A DNA stretch of 64,000 nucleotides from Octopus vulgaris (Eukaryota): contig OX597816.1 in assembly GCA_951406725.2 (NCBI GenBank), positions 34,224,001-34,288,000 of the forward strand. Reading direction: 5' to 3'. A program made the position numbers and the translations under genes. The notes below the pieces were generated by a model that saw only the letters and a program-made list of their open reading frames with translations, made no database searches and had not been told where the DNA came from. Below are positions 1 to 14,254 of this stretch, one piece after another (position 1 is the stretch's first letter; each line of letters opens with the position of its first letter).

Positions 1-20
1 AATCTTCTCGTAGCCAAATA

Positions 21-57
<37 letters not shown>

Positions 58-59
58 CA

Positions 60-272
60 CGAAGGTGCTGAATAAATTCTGGTTTTAAGGGAACCGAGAA
101 ATGCCTGGTTGGAAGCCCGACATTTTGAGTTCTCTTACAGTATTAAGAAAAACTGAAGGACGGCTGCAATAAACGTATGAATCTGAGAGCGGAATATGCT
201 CCATTATAATATCATTCCTTGATCCTCTTGTATTTTCTTTTACCCAAACCCAAGAACGTTTCAGCGGCTCAT
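60..272. mobile_element. Mariner-like MITE (about 210 bp)
   Basis: Imperfect TIRs: gaaggtgctgaataaattctggtttt at the left and aaacccaagaacgtttcagcggctc at the right. Non-coding, next to a TA/CA tract. Confidence 0.6.
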
Positions 273-561
273 GGAATATGTGTGCATGAGTGTGTGTGTG
301 CATGTGTGTGTGTGCGCGCGTGTGTGCGCATGTGTACGTGTGTGAGAGTGCTTTAGTGTATGAAAGTGTATTTCTGTGTCTCTGAGAGTGTCTTCTTTGT
401 GGAAAAAATACGATTAGTTATATGTATAGAATAGATTGTTCCTTAGATTATTTAAGCATATATATTTATTCCAAAATGTCTCCGAAGATACAAGTATAAA
501 TTTATACAATGCCCCATTTAATTTTTGCGGCACAACTTGATGTCATTTTATGACTGCATTG

Positions 562-599
<38 letters not shown>

Positions 600-601
600 G
601 T

Positions 602-966
602 GGAGGCACAATGGCCCAGTGGTTAGGGCAGCGGACTCACGGTCATAGGATCACGGTTTCCATTCCCAGACCGGGCGTTGTGATTGTTTATTGACCGATA
701 ACACTTAAAGCTCGACGAGGCTCCAGCAAGAAATAGTGGCAGTCCCTGCTCTACACTGTCACCACAACTTTCTCTCCCTTTTTTTTCTGTATTTTAATGG
801 GCCAGCCTTGTCCCACTCTGTGTCATGCTGAATCTTTCCGAGAACTATATTAAAGGTATACGTGTCTGTGGAGTGCTCAGCCACTTGGACGTTACTTTCA
901 TGAGTAGGCTGTTCCCTTATTTGATCAACTGGAACCCTCGTCGTCGTAACCGAAGGGGTGACGTAG
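602..966 (+). mobile_element. tRNA-derived SINE, family C
   Basis: Pol III A-box TGGCCCAGTGG (612-622) and B-box-like GGTTTCCATTCCC. A homologous reverse copy lies at 9215-9525. Ends in (TA)n. Confidence 0.85.
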
Positions 967-967
967 T

Positions 968-1037
<70 letters not shown>

Positions 1038-3589
1038 GTATGTATGTTTGTATGTATGTATATACACACATAAATACCAAAGTAAGCACATGTGAAACAA
1101 GGTGGGAAAAATAGTAGTCGAATACCGGAGGTGGGGTAATATGCTTTATTTGTAAAGCTGCAAAGACATCACAAAAATATCACAATAAACTGCTACTCAC
1201 GTTCTCGTTCGTCGAACAGTTTAGACTGAGAATCTCAGTCTCAACTTTTTTTATTCCGAGGGGAGGCAATGCGAGCAGCAACTAAAGGAACATTACAAAA
1301 TCCACAGGAAGATCAAACACATACATATATGTATCTATACATATATGCATCTATACATATATGTATATATGTATGCGTGCCCGCGTGTGTCAGTGTGTGT
1401 GATTATGCTCTCCTCATCAGTCGAGAAACGTACAATGACATGCAGAACTTTTCCCATTCGACAATCTATTGCATCAGTAAAGGAAGGTCAGTCTGCAAAA
1501 TTAAGTTTTGAAACAATGTCGTAAATGATATAAACTTCTGTTCTTATTTGAAGTCCCCTACACCACAACCAATTAGTGGTGAAACAATTTCACTACTAAG
1601 TTTAAAACAACAGCAGTATAAGTATATTTCATAGACGCATTTTATTTGTTTAAGCTGTAATGGTAACGTAATATTTAGTCGCTCAGTTTCCTTGTGTATA
1701 TTCACATAAAACACTGATTCTGCTGACAATACATTTCCCCATAAAAACGCAGTATAGAAAGTATTACCTGATTTGTCCATAATCCTGAAATGCCAACATT
1801 TTCAATTACGATATTTGCCGGCGAGGATATTCAATTGATATTCATATAAGACGCGGGCGGCTTGTATTATATTGCATATTGAAATTACTTCACATCGTAT
1901 TGGGCATTCTCGTAGCAACAATGAAAATATTCTGCATGAATCTGTAAATAATTTAATGGATATATTAGTTATTGGTCATATAGTTAAATATTCAGGTGAT
2001 GATATATACCTACAAAATATATTACAAAACATATTATCAAATAGTTTGACGCCAGACAAAAATTTCTTGCAAACCATAAAATCAGTTTACATTTTGTGAT
2101 ATTTATGAAACGAAAATATATTACATACTGCTCTTTTCTGTGCAGATATTTTCAATTATATTTCATTTTATACCAAAATGTTGGCTCTTGGCGTTTGATT
2201 ATACATTCACAACTGACTGAGACATACTATGTTTTAAAGTTAGTTCTAACATTGTATATGATCTTCTTAAGTTATTAGATATGTTGAATTCTGTCGTTAT
2301 CATTTTTGTAAAACAGTGCTTGATTTGAGAATGATTTTGACTCCCATCTGCACTTGGATTATTTCTATATATCGCACAGCAAGATCATTTGGTACAGCCA
2401 GCATTGATTAGTTTTCTTAACGATTCTTCCATCACCACTTTTGCGGCTGAAGAGATCCTAATAATTCTAAAACACTTCCGCTGATAACTTTTAAATATAA
2501 TTACTTAATACTCGATGATTAATATGCATTTTTCACCTATCGCATTATTTTAATGTAGTTATCATTGTAGTATTCGCGGTATTAAATATCTTTCTCTTAT
2601 ATTACCTACCCCTGGAGACAATTATTTTGTGTCTTATTCTTTTAATGATAATGTAAAATTAAACAGTTTTCTGATTGGAGTAATAGCTGATATAGCACAA
2701 TTCATAGTACCTGATATCTAAACTCTGATATCGCAACTTTTTTCTTCTTAACAACGGTGAATTGATTTTCACATTCTACGCCGTCATCGAGATTTTCAAT
2801 TATCTCAAAATCGATTTTGCAGATACTCTTTGATTTTGCTGTTTTATTGCACTATTTCGTTGACAGTTTTGTCAAGGATACAGCTGCTTGATTTAGCTCA
2901 GTAGCGCTATCACGTCTATCTCTTTTCATTTTCCTATGTGTTGTGATCTGCGCCCTCTCCAAAGAATTTTGTAGATTCATATCCAAACTATCTTATGGAT
3001 CTTTGTTGACATTTTGCTAGAGGCAAGATATTTTCATTCAATCAGTTAAACCATTAGATATGGAATTAATACCACATTTCCCCACCCACTGTGTATTAAT
3101 CTCATGCGAAATCTCTTTCCAAATGCACCTGCACTTAAAATATCGTCCCTGTCATCATGAATGGTGTTGAATTCCACTTGCAAAAAATGGGACACATCTG
3201 CGTTGTTGAGGCGTGTACACTATCGTCGTCGTCATCATCATCATCATCATCATCATCATCTTCATCATCATCACCATCATCATCATCATAATCATCATTC
3301 TCATCATCGTTTTCGTTAAAATTGTTAGTATTTTTTTTTTGCTTTTGTCGATGATGTTGCTCTTGTCGTTAATAATAACAAAACAATATTTGTTTCAAAT
3401 ATGTCCGGACAAATTTCTTAGAAGGCGGGTGTTACTTGATTACACGAAATACAATGCACAACTATTCTATGGATCCCGAAAGAATGAAAGAATAAGCTGT
3501 ACTTAGCTTTATTTGGACGTACAAAGCAAAGAGTTGGAAGAAATGCTGCTAAGCTTTTTGTCTACGCGCCAAGAAAAAAAAATAACCAT

Positions 3590-3760
3590 CTATTTTACTA
3601 AAAGCACAATACCTGAAATTCTGGGAGAGGGGAAGAGGCGATTATATCGACCCCAGTCTCTCACCAGTACCTAATTTATCGACCGCAAAAGGACAAAATT
3701 CAAAAGCACTTTCAAGTCTTTTTTTCAAAATTGAAGCCGTGTGAAACGAAATGTTCGGCA
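3590..3760 (-). mobile_element. Degenerate SINE, family A
   Basis: atcgaccccagt...gtacctaatttatcgacc...aaagg matches the reverse complement of the core at 9780-9850. Confidence 0.6.
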
Positions 3761-4659
3761 ATTTCTGTCCAACTGCTGTTATTTTGCCTATTAAATCTTT
3801 TATATAATTGTATTGTGTTTGCTAAAATTATGCGTGAAGGCTTGACTAGCTTTGCTAATCTTAGCTATATCATTTGCTATTTCCTTTAATCGTGATTCAC
3901 TATAACCGCGTTTGACATAATGATGTACAAAAATATTTGCATGTTCCAGTAATTTCCTATGTCAGTAAAAATGCATTTTATCCTGAAAAATTGGGATTTT
4001 GGATTTGCAGAATAATATGATGTGGATAATCTGAGCGGCAGTGGGATGACGTGGGTTTGCAAATTAACTCTGTCACTATTCTGCCTCCAGAAAATGTAAC
4101 TGTTGTCTTTAAAAATTGAACACCAGTTCTTGAAAAGCAAGACGTAAATTTTACGTTCGACTTAAAGTTATAGTTTTTAGCATAATAGTCACAGAAATGC
4201 TAGAAGTCCATTAAATTACCTCTTCCCAGAGAAAAAAGACGCCATCAATGAACCGTAACCAGAGTTACCATGAAGGGATTTGAATACCTTTAATAACTGT
4301 ATCTCGAATTTCTTCATGAAGACGTTAGCGAAATTAACTGCCATGGGGTTGACCATGGCGCAGCCGTTTGTCTGCTGGTAAATTCTAAACTTAATCGTGT
4401 TACGTTATAACACTAACCTCAATAATATACAGAGAAAATGTGATGGAATACATTTTTTGACTGATTTTCGAAGGCATCTGCGGTTTAATTCACCCAATTT
4501 CTATCACCCAGATAGCCGAATAAAAATTATAACTTCTCACATGAACATTCAGAACAAATTTTATCACCCAAAATATTTCGTGTTTTAAGTGAAGATTTCA
4601 AGCCAAGAAGTCAAGAATCTAATGACAATAAGACTCTGAAAACCACTCGCTCGAGAAAA

Positions 4660-5715
4660 TTGATCACACTAGAGAATACGTGGGCCATAAATTCATCTCA
4701 ACTAAAACTTTCGCCTGATGATGTCTCATTTTTGAAACCTGGACTGAGTTTCTGCCCAGTACTAAGAATTTTGACAAGAATAATTATGCTCGAGGGCTAT
4801 TTCAGTATGTACGTCGACAAACTGAAGGGACATTCTTTGAAAAGCTAGTAACGATGAGACAGAAAACCCTATGTTTACTGAAAATATGAGTGATGATGAT
4901 CGAATCTGGCATAATTTTATTCAAAAGAATCACTATTGTTATCAAGATGAAGTTCGGGATGGACGTTCACAAGCTCTACTGGAATTTCTTGAATCTTGTC
5001 AGACAAACATTACAGAAAGCCTGAAAACAAGCAGAAAGAAGTCCTGGATAACCTCACAGATTCCCAAAGTTACGCCCTCCCACGTCTAGCCTATAACGAT
5101 CCTATTGTTATTGAAATGGCTGATAAGGGAGGTGCTTTCGTAATTATGGACACGAGTGAGTGTATTTAGGTGTGTGAAGAAGTTTTAAATGATAAAACTC
5201 ATATCAAGAATTATCTGTTGATCCAAACCCCAATTACAGAGAGGAACTTGACAGAATAATTCTGGAAATGGAGGAAAACAATTTCATTAATAAGGCCGAA
5301 TCCAAGATTTTATGTTGAGAAAGAGGAACACCTGTATTTTATGGTCTCCCCAGAATACACAAAAACCTCGAAAGATTTCCTCCAATTCGCCCAGTTTGCA
5401 GCAGTTATGAATGTTGTACAGCCAATATTTCGGAATGGCTAGATGGCTTTCTGCTCCCTGGCGCAAAAAGATCAGGTTCCTATTTTCAGGATACTTTTGA
5501 TTTTGTGTCTAAGATCAACAACATTTTTAAGCACCGAGGCCATATGGAGAACTGTCTTTTGGTAACCATAGATGTTTCTTCCTTACATCCCATTATTGAC
5601 CACAATAAAGGTGTAGAAGCATGCACGGATTCCTTCGAAAAGCGGTCTAAGAAAAGTATTCCATCAAAATTTCTTTGTAGGCTATTGAGGTTTACAATAA
5701 ATGACATAATTCCTT
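4660..5715 (+). pseudogene. Decayed Penelope-like element reverse transcriptase (N-terminal region to RT motif 3-4)
   Basis: Across frameshifts and stops it reads INSSQLKLSPDDVSFLKPGLSFCP, NLTDSQSYALPRLAYNDPIVIEMADKGGAFVIMD, TPVFYGLPRIHKNLERFPPIRPVCS, ISEWLDGFLLP..SYFQDTFDF and LLVTIDVSSLHPIIDHNKG. These are typical PLE RT motifs in the correct order. Confidence 0.9.
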
Positions 5716-5907
5716 TAGCTGGCATTTCAATGGTGTTGCATGAAAGTTACCGGCGAGTGACGAAAAAACTGTCCTCGTTATAAACAGATATATACTCAGC
5801 CACCTTAGTGTCCAAATATCATTCAACCAATAAAATGTCTCTTTCAATCGAATTATGCTCTTCCTCTTGACTGTGTTCCTTTGTGAAGAGTTCCGTCAAT
5901 CCCATTA

Positions 5908-5908
5908 A

Positions 5909-5957
<49 letters not shown>

Positions 5958-5974
5958 GTAGTAGTAGTAGAAGC

Positions 5975-6008
<34 letters not shown>

Positions 6009-6011
6009 TTA

Positions 6012-6084
<73 letters not shown>
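5908..6084. repeat. (AAT)n directly followed by (ATT)n
   Basis: Read directly from the sequence; short (TAG)n inside. Confidence 0.95.
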
Positions 6085-6085
<1 letters not shown>

Positions 6086-6259
6086 GCTTGCCTCTAACGT
6101 TGTCAAAAGGACAGTCACTTTTGGGGCAGGATGTAAGCGAAAAATATCGATCCCACCTCTTGGCAGGTACTTTCTTTCATTGACTCTAAAAATGTGTAAA
6201 TCAGTTGCGTTTTGGCGGTAATTGAATCCATGACGTAAAGCGCCGGAAAAATTTGCTTT

Positions 6260-6450
6260 AACTTTCTGACACAAGGCCAGCAATTTTAGACAGTGGCTGG
6301 GTCTTCCGATTTTATCGACAACAGTAACTGACCAGTATATTCTTTATTAAACCAGAATGATGAAAGCTAAAGTCGAATTGACATCGGCGGAATTTTCGAA
6401 AAGAAGGCAAGGCCGGAAAAAACATCCACTAAGCATTTATTTTGACGTGG
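6260..6450 (-). mobile_element. Degenerate SINE, family A
   Basis: gatgaaagctaaagtcga...cggcggaattt and actaagcatt match the reverse complement of family A. Confidence 0.5.
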
Positions 6451-6963
6451 TAAGTAGCTGCATTGATATTGATAGCAAAAGCCGATCATACACATACAAA
6501 ACAGCAGAAATGTAGACTCAACACGAGCCAGATGCAGTGAAAGGAAATAAAATTTATAGAAGTTTTTGCAGTTTCCCCATAAAAACTAATCACGGGAAAA
6601 GAGCAAAACAATCTCGAATGATTATAGAGTGTTAAAAATAAGTTTAATACCATAGACTTTGCAATATCGTTTGAAAATACAAAAAAGAAATAAATGGACA
6701 ACTTAGAATTATCAGAACCTAAATTTTAACTTGAAAATATACTGGAAGACTAAGAGCATAGTTATTATTCTTATAACTGGGGCATTCAGACGAACATACA
6801 AACAATTAACTTTGGAAGCTGAAAAATATTGCCACTGAAACTGTCATTACCGAACTGCAGAATATTGCAATAGTGTATTCTGAAAAAAATTCTTGTTTTA
6901 AAGGAAAATCTCACCAAATCTCAAACCAGATTCCCTTCTTGCTTACATAGTGTCTAATGTTAA

Positions 6964-6964
<1 letters not shown>

Positions 6965-7048
<84 letters not shown>

Positions 7049-7052
7049 GGTG

Positions 7053-7133
<81 letters not shown>
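6965..7133. repeat. (TAG)n microsatellite with an internal (TGG)n run
   Basis: Read directly from the sequence. Confidence 0.95.
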
Positions 7134-7442
7134 AGAATCAAAAAAATTAAATATTAATAATTATAATGTAAATAATGTAAATTATGTACATAATTCCTCA
7201 TCTGTTATATACAGAACAAAGAATGAAGGGTTATCACCAGAATAGATTATTCAGAGTAGATGAGAAGAGATTCTATAAATAAATAAATGGAGGGTGTACC
7301 GATGAAAATTTGATACCAAATAATATTGAAAGTCAAAGGTTTTTGAGTGACATCTGGAGCAAAGACAAGGAGGACAAGAAGGATGCTGACAGTACTCTGT
7401 CCAAAACAGGCAGAGAAAGTGGTGCAGCTTTCTACAGTTTTT

Positions 7443-7843
7443 CGCAGGAGTGGCTGTGTGGTAAGTATCTTGCTTACGAACCACATGATTCCGGGTTCAT
7501 TCCCACTGCGTGGCACCTTGCACAAGTTTCTTCTACTATAGCCTCGGGCCAACCAAAGCCTTGTGAGTGGATTTGGTAGACGGAAACTGAAAGAAGCCCG
7601 TCGTATATATGTATATATATTTGTATGTGTGTCTATACGTTTGTGTGTCTGTGTTTGTCCCCCCAACATTGCTTGACAACCGATGGTGGTGTATTTACAT
7701 CCCCGTAACTTAGCAGTTCGGCAAAAGAGAATCTATAGAATAAGTACTAGGCTTACAAAGAGTAAGTTATATGTTCGATTTGCTCGACTAAAGTCGGTGC
7801 TCCAGCATGACCGCACTCACATGACTGAAACAATTAAAATAGA
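7443..7843 (+). mobile_element. tRNA-derived SINE, family B (bipartite, with internal TA/TG microsatellite)
   Basis: A-box TGGCTGTGTGG and B-box GGTTCATTCCC. Homologous copies at 11152-11655, 17701-18160, 46160-46905 and 63627-64000. Confidence 0.85.
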
Positions 7844-8229
7844 AAAAGTTGGTTGACAGTAGCAAGACAGGTCAGGTTGAATGGAATAATCCTGAGTATG
7901 CGTTTCTAAGCAAGAGGAATGAAACTTGTAGAGAACAATTTTCAATGATTTGGAGTTGGCAGAGTAAACCAGGATTTTTGCGTGGCGCTTACCCCAGATT
8001 ACTCTAAGTGGACTCTCCCGCAAATGGGGATTATATTTATATATTTGTTTATTATTAATTTCTCTAATTTCTGTTTTAGAACCTCTGTTAATCTTTTAAT
8101 GTGGTGGCATCTCCTGTTGTTCGATGTAAAACCTACATATTTTTTTGTATTTTTCAAAATTTTTTTCTGTACTGCAACTCGTCCTCCGATATTGTACTCC
8201 ATGTCTTGGGCCCTTGAGTCAGTAAAAGA

Positions 8230-8246
8230 GATTATTATTATTAATA

Positions 8247-8322
<76 letters not shown>

Positions 8323-8342
8323 CATCATTGTTATTATTATTA
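8230..8342. repeat. (ATT)n microsatellite, probably a retroposon tail
   Basis: Read directly from the sequence. Confidence 0.9.
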
Positions 8343-8534
8343 ATGATATTATATAGGCATAATAGTCATAGATCATCTTTTTGAAGTTAAGAACAATTAT
8401 TCCACTGGAATTTCCTATGTAATGTTGGTAAAAACGTAATTACAGACTTATTAAAATATCTGCTTTTTTACGCGTTATGTTGTTGTTAACAATTAAAAAG
8501 AAATATGCCTGGAATGACATAATCTCTGTCTCTT

Positions 8535-8566
<32 letters not shown>

Positions 8567-8669
8567 ACTCTCTCTCAGCGGGGTGGCGTCATTCGATGGC
8601 TAAAAAAATGCGAACACATTGTGACCAGCGATGTGTAACTACATCTGAAGGACTGGTCGGCCACGTGAT

Positions 8670-8728
<59 letters not shown>

Positions 8729-9017
8729 TATACGTGTGTATGTGCGTGTATGTATCTTCGCGCGCATATAATTGTCTATGTACTTATATGCACAAATACT
8801 ACCTTATGTTCGTTTTCAGTTATATTTATATATTTTTGCCACTGGTAGATAACTTAACTCTTTCTTTTTTCTTTCTTGGAGCATAATACTTATTAATATT
8901 TACGAGAAAATACATAGCTATAACTTTTCAGACTATTAGCTATTATAAGTTTGCTTCTTAAAACTAATATATATTGATTCGGTAAGATATTCCTTCGTAG
9001 ATACCTCTATATATTGC

Positions 9018-9205
9018 GTGACACCTTTCCATCCTGAATAGCTATGGGATTGCACCTAGAAAGTTATCCTCCGAGGCACAAGTCTGGGCAAGGTTGTATA
9101 TGGAAGACCAGCAGTCGCTCACGCATACCAGCCTCCCCACTCAACGCCACCGATGTTATTCAAAGGAAAGGAAAAGACCGATACAGCTTGACACCAGTGA
9201 CGTTT
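9018..9205. mobile_element. Interspersed repeat fragment (SINE-like, unclassified)
   Basis: GC-richer island abutting a family C SINE. It resembles a common cephalopod repeat as I recall it; no second copy in the window. Confidence 0.35.
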
Positions 9206-9214
9206 CTCAGATTA

Positions 9215-9525
9215 TTTATCAACTTGCAAGTGACTGACCACTCCACCCACACGTGTACCTTTAACGTAGTTCTCGGAGAGATTCAGCATGACACAGAGTG
9301 TGACAAGGCCCTTTGAGATAGAGGTACAACAGAAACAGGAAAAAAATAGTGAGAGTAAGTTGTGGTTAAAGAATACAGCAGGGTTCATCACCACCCCATG
9401 CCGGAGCCTCGTGGAGCTTTAGGTGTTTTCGCTCAATAAACACTCACAATGCCCGGTCTGGGAATCGAAACTGTGATCCTACGACCGCGTGGCCGCTGCC
9501 TTAACCACTGGTCCATTGATCTCCA
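9215..9525 (-). mobile_element. tRNA-derived SINE, family C
   Basis: Reverse-complement homolog of about 602-900 (gggaatcgaaac...ttaaccactggtccattg). Confidence 0.85.
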
Positions 9526-9566
9526 CATATACATATATATATATGTACGTACACTCACACACACAC

Positions 9567-9614
<48 letters not shown>

Positions 9615-9686
9615 CAACAAGTTGCTTCACCATACACCGAAAATCCAGAAACAGCAGTCAAAAGACAGCCATATATATATATATAA

Positions 9687-9913
9687 GGTGGCGAGCTGGC
9701 CGAACCGTTACCACGCCGGGCAAAATGCGTAGCATTATTTCGTCTGCCGTTACGTCCTGAGTTCAAATTCCGCCGAGGTCGACTTTGCCTTTCATCCTTT
9801 CGAGGTCGATAAATTAAGTACCAGCTACGCACTGGGGTCGATGTAATCGACTTAATTCGTTTGTCTGTCCTTGTTTGCCCCCTCTAAGTTTAGCCCCTTG
9901 TGGGTAATAAAGA

Positions 9914-9916
<3 letters not shown>
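9687..9916 (+). mobile_element. tRNA-derived SINE, family A, flanked by (TA)n
   Basis: B-box GAGTTCAAATTCC and central GCCTTTCATCCTTTCGAGGTCGATAAA..AGTACCAG. Near-identical reverse copy at 47556-47775. Confidence 0.9.
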
Positions 9917-9968
<52 letters not shown>

Positions 9969-10014
9969 TGTTATATTTCGGAATGGTCATTTTGCCAGTT
10001 TAGCCAATTTAAAC

Positions 10015-10051
<37 letters not shown>

Positions 10052-10532
10052 GCTCCTTTTATCCGTCTTTCTTGGCGCAAAGGAGAATTTGCTGCGTCGG
10101 ATGTGGGACATTTGAACTGTAGATCTGTTTACGTTTGTATGTTTGTGGTAGCGAGAAACTGACTTTAGAGACGTTATTTGTTAGTCAAAGGAAGTTTGTA
10201 ATTGCATATACTCACTCAGGGTTTAAAAAAATGCAGGATATGAGTTCTTGTTACATATGCGTTGTGTATAGATACTAAGCTGATTTGGATGAATTTGTTC
10301 TTGTCACTATTGGAGATTTTCTAAATAAGAAATAATGCTTTGTTTGTTTGGGGATTATAAAGGGATTATATACATAACAACTGTAACGAAGCACTTATTA
10401 GAGAGAGGGAGAAAGAGAGAGCGTAAGAGAGAGAAAGACAGATCAAATTCAATACTGGTGTTAGATGCATTGTTTTACAATTTTCCTGGCGCGTTTATTA
10501 AATAAATGTATGTGAGTATGCATATGTATATG

Positions 10533-10642
<110 letters not shown>

Positions 10643-11151
10643 TGTATGTGTGTGCGTATGTGTATATGTGTGTGTATGTATGTATATATGTGTGTGTGTG
10701 TTTCTATTTGGAATAATAAGGCACAAACACATACCGCACACACATACACACAAACACACGCGCTCATATTTCCACATAAACATTTTTGTGGCATAAGTTA
10801 TACCTACTGGGGGAAATCAGAGTAACGATGCTGTCTCGACAGAAATTAAACGTATCCATGTCTATCATGCTATGGAGTACTATGTTTCGTCTCTTAAACG
10901 TATACACATACACTCATACATGCATTCATATATGCACAGATAAATACATATACATGTGTGTGTGTCTGTTGGTATGTATGTATGTATGTAATGCTGCTGG
11001 ATTATGGATGAAGCATGGAGTGTCACATGTTAGGGAGTGGGATGAGGATAAGTTCGCTAGGTGCAATAATTTTCATATTATGTACGTTGAAATTGAAAAT
11101 TTGGAATAGCATTATGGTAAAGGTTAAATGCTCAATTTTATTTTTGCTATA

Positions 11152-11348
11152 TGTTACTCTATTTACTTGTTCAGTTATATGACTGCAACCATGCTAGAGT
11201 ACTGCTTTTAGTCGAGCAAATCGACCCCGGGACTTATTCTTTGTAATCCTAGTACATATTCTATTGGTCTCTTTTGCCGAACCGCTAAGTTACAGTTACA
11301 TAAACACACCAGCATCGGTTGTCAAGCAATGTTGGGGGGACAAACAGA

Positions 11349-11447
<99 letters not shown>

Positions 11448-11655
11448 GACAGGCTTCTTTCAGTTTCCGTCTACCAAATCCACTCAGACAGCTTTGGTCG
11501 GCCCGAGGCTATACTAGAAGATACTTGCCCAAGATGCCACGCAGTGGGACTGAACCCAGAAACATGTGGTTGGTAAGCAAGCTACTTTATTTCATAAAAT
11601 TTTTCATAAAGACAGTATATAGATTAGCTAGTTATCACGCTGCCACTCCTGCGCC
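11152..11655 (-). mobile_element. SINE, family B
   Basis: Reverse homolog of 7443-7843, with an expanded internal (CA)n(TA)n. Confidence 0.85.
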
Positions 11656-13544
11656 GAGACGATCTGGGAATTACATATTCATCCACATTCAGTATGAGCG
11701 ACGTAACATAACCCCAGTCACTGAAATAGGAGTTTCCCACCATTTAATGTCACTAATGCCTGACGATATAATGATTTGCCTATTGATGCATTCACATGAT
11801 TGCAAATGCAGGGCAATTTATAATATCGAGTATATAATGTTTATATACATTTAGTAAAGGGTCGTTCCACATCAGTAGATGACAATCCTAGAAACAGTCA
11901 TGGCACTGCGTAATTCATCAATTTTTGATTATCTTTGATGGAATGCCTTAGTCTAAACACATGCATTTATTGTAAAGTAAAAAGTAACACGGCAATTGGA
12001 TCATTTAGATAAAACAAATGAAATAATAAAATGGTTGAATGCTTCCACAAGGCGTAAAATTGGTGCTATGGGAATTGTAAAAGTTTTATTAATTTGTGCT
12101 GTGCAGGAATACTCTTCAACTTGAAATATCTATATGAACCTATAGCTTGAATGAAACACACGCCTATTATTTTCCATAATGATTTCTATCACGTTAATAT
12201 TTCATTAGTTTAATTAAACTGCATTATTGTCTCTCTTTTCCAACTACACATGAAATCCACATTTCTACTATATTCAAACTAAAATATAATCTTTAGGCAT
12301 AATTTTATGTTTTCCAATATTTTGACCAAATTATAACACGTAATAAACAGGCAAAGTAAATATTAATTGGAAAACAATTTACACCGAGGAACTAACTACT
12401 CTTAATCCCTGATGAATAGTATTTATATTTTCACCATGGTAAGATGAAACATTGCCTATGTTTTAAACTTATGCGCATCTTATTGCCTATGCATAAACTT
12501 TCCTCTAAGGAAATTATATCTATATACATTTGCTTGATTGTATATCGGCTAAGGTATTTTTAAAAGGAAACACTTCAACAAATACTTCTACTTGAAATAT
12601 GAAATATCACTTGCTGTTAGCCTATCTATACAATCTTCATGTAGTTTTCCTTCTATCATTTAAATACGATTTATATTTCTTGGTAGAATTTGTTCTCTAA
12701 CGCCAAATGTCTTCGTTCGTTTGCCCATGTAATTGTTTGAATGCATATGAAAACACAAGCAGCAAGAGCGGCCTCTCGACAATCAAAACCGTTAATTGTA
12801 GAAAAGAGAAAACGTAAGAAAACATTGTATTTTTTAAGCATATGTGGGAGCAAGTCATATACAATACTTTTTTTATAGAACTAACATGGCTGTACGATGA
12901 GTCATTTTCACTCAGCCTCACGGCTGCTTGAATATTATATCCTATAGATGTTTTCTTTACATAGTTATTGTTTATTTCAAACCGGGTATATTTTACTTTC
13001 TCTGCTACTTGCGGGTATTACTTATTAAATAGTAATTTCTATCTAGTTATCTAGTTAACCTGCATTCATGTATATCATTATACCATCGACGTTGCTTAAA
13101 ATGTGACAGAATTTACTTTATTACATATTTAATCAGTTGCATGCTATTTCATCTATCGATATGATTTTAAAAGAAATAATTCTAAATAGGAATCCAGTAA
13201 AACTTCCATCAATACAGAAAAGGTGACTCGAAGCAATTCTCCTACCCTATAGAAGTAGTAACAAAATTTTCCGGAAATAGAAATTCCTACCATCTTGAAT
13301 AATGACATGTACATTCAACGCAATAGGAATATGTTTAAAATGTGACATTATAATTTATAATGTATAAGAAGGGTAGGCTTTCTCAATGGCAAGTCGCTGA
13401 GGCTGGAGATTAATGCCTGTGAATAGAAATTGCTGTTCCACATAACTTCCGGCAATCAGTGCTAACCAGGGTCTAAACAAGAGAAGTAATAAATATAGAT
13501 GAATGAGTCTAACTGTAAATATCAAAGATAGCATGATACCATTA

Positions 13545-13594
<50 letters not shown>

Positions 13595-14211
13595 AATATA
13601 TATACATATATATATATATACATACACACATATGTATATATATATATGTATGTATATATCTGTACACGTTTATATATATATATATATATATATTTATTAT
13701 ATATACATGTATACATATGTATATATAAGTATATATAAATAGATAGATGTATGCGTGTGTATGCATAACAGTTCGCACCATAGGCATATTCATATGCTGT
13801 ATTAATTCAAGTCCAAATATACAAATCTTGAAAGTGTATAATGCATAAATTTACCTGCATTAAAACATTCGGTGTTAGGCATTGAAATTTTACGGATCGA
13901 TGATGCGCTTAGAAGGTAGTAATCCAAGGATCGGTGATATACGTTGTATTATTTACATTTATGTATTACATGCTTTCATGTTTTGTATATTTGTACTTGA
14001 ATTGATACTGTATATAAATATGTCTGTGATGCGAAGTGCTTGAATTTGATAAAGGAACCTGTCCTATGAAATTTGTTCTCCATTCTAGCGTTTATTCCTA
14101 TTGCTCCTTAAAAGCACTAATAAGTTGCGCTGTATTAAATGATATCCTTTCGATATACCTCTTTCAGTTATTCTGTATATAAATATATGCGTGCGTGTTT
14201 GTGCGCACATG

Positions 14212-14254
<43 letters not shown>

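Noticed and set aside
602-680. tRNA gene
   Set aside because: The A/B boxes continue into a repeated non-tRNA body, so this is a SINE head.
1544-1780. LINE endonuclease (GDF motif) on the minus strand
   Set aside because: A single short motif; too weak.
7999-8160. GIY-YIG-like KKYVGFTSNNRR on the minus strand
   Set aside because: No upstream IY motif and no downstream E/N motifs.
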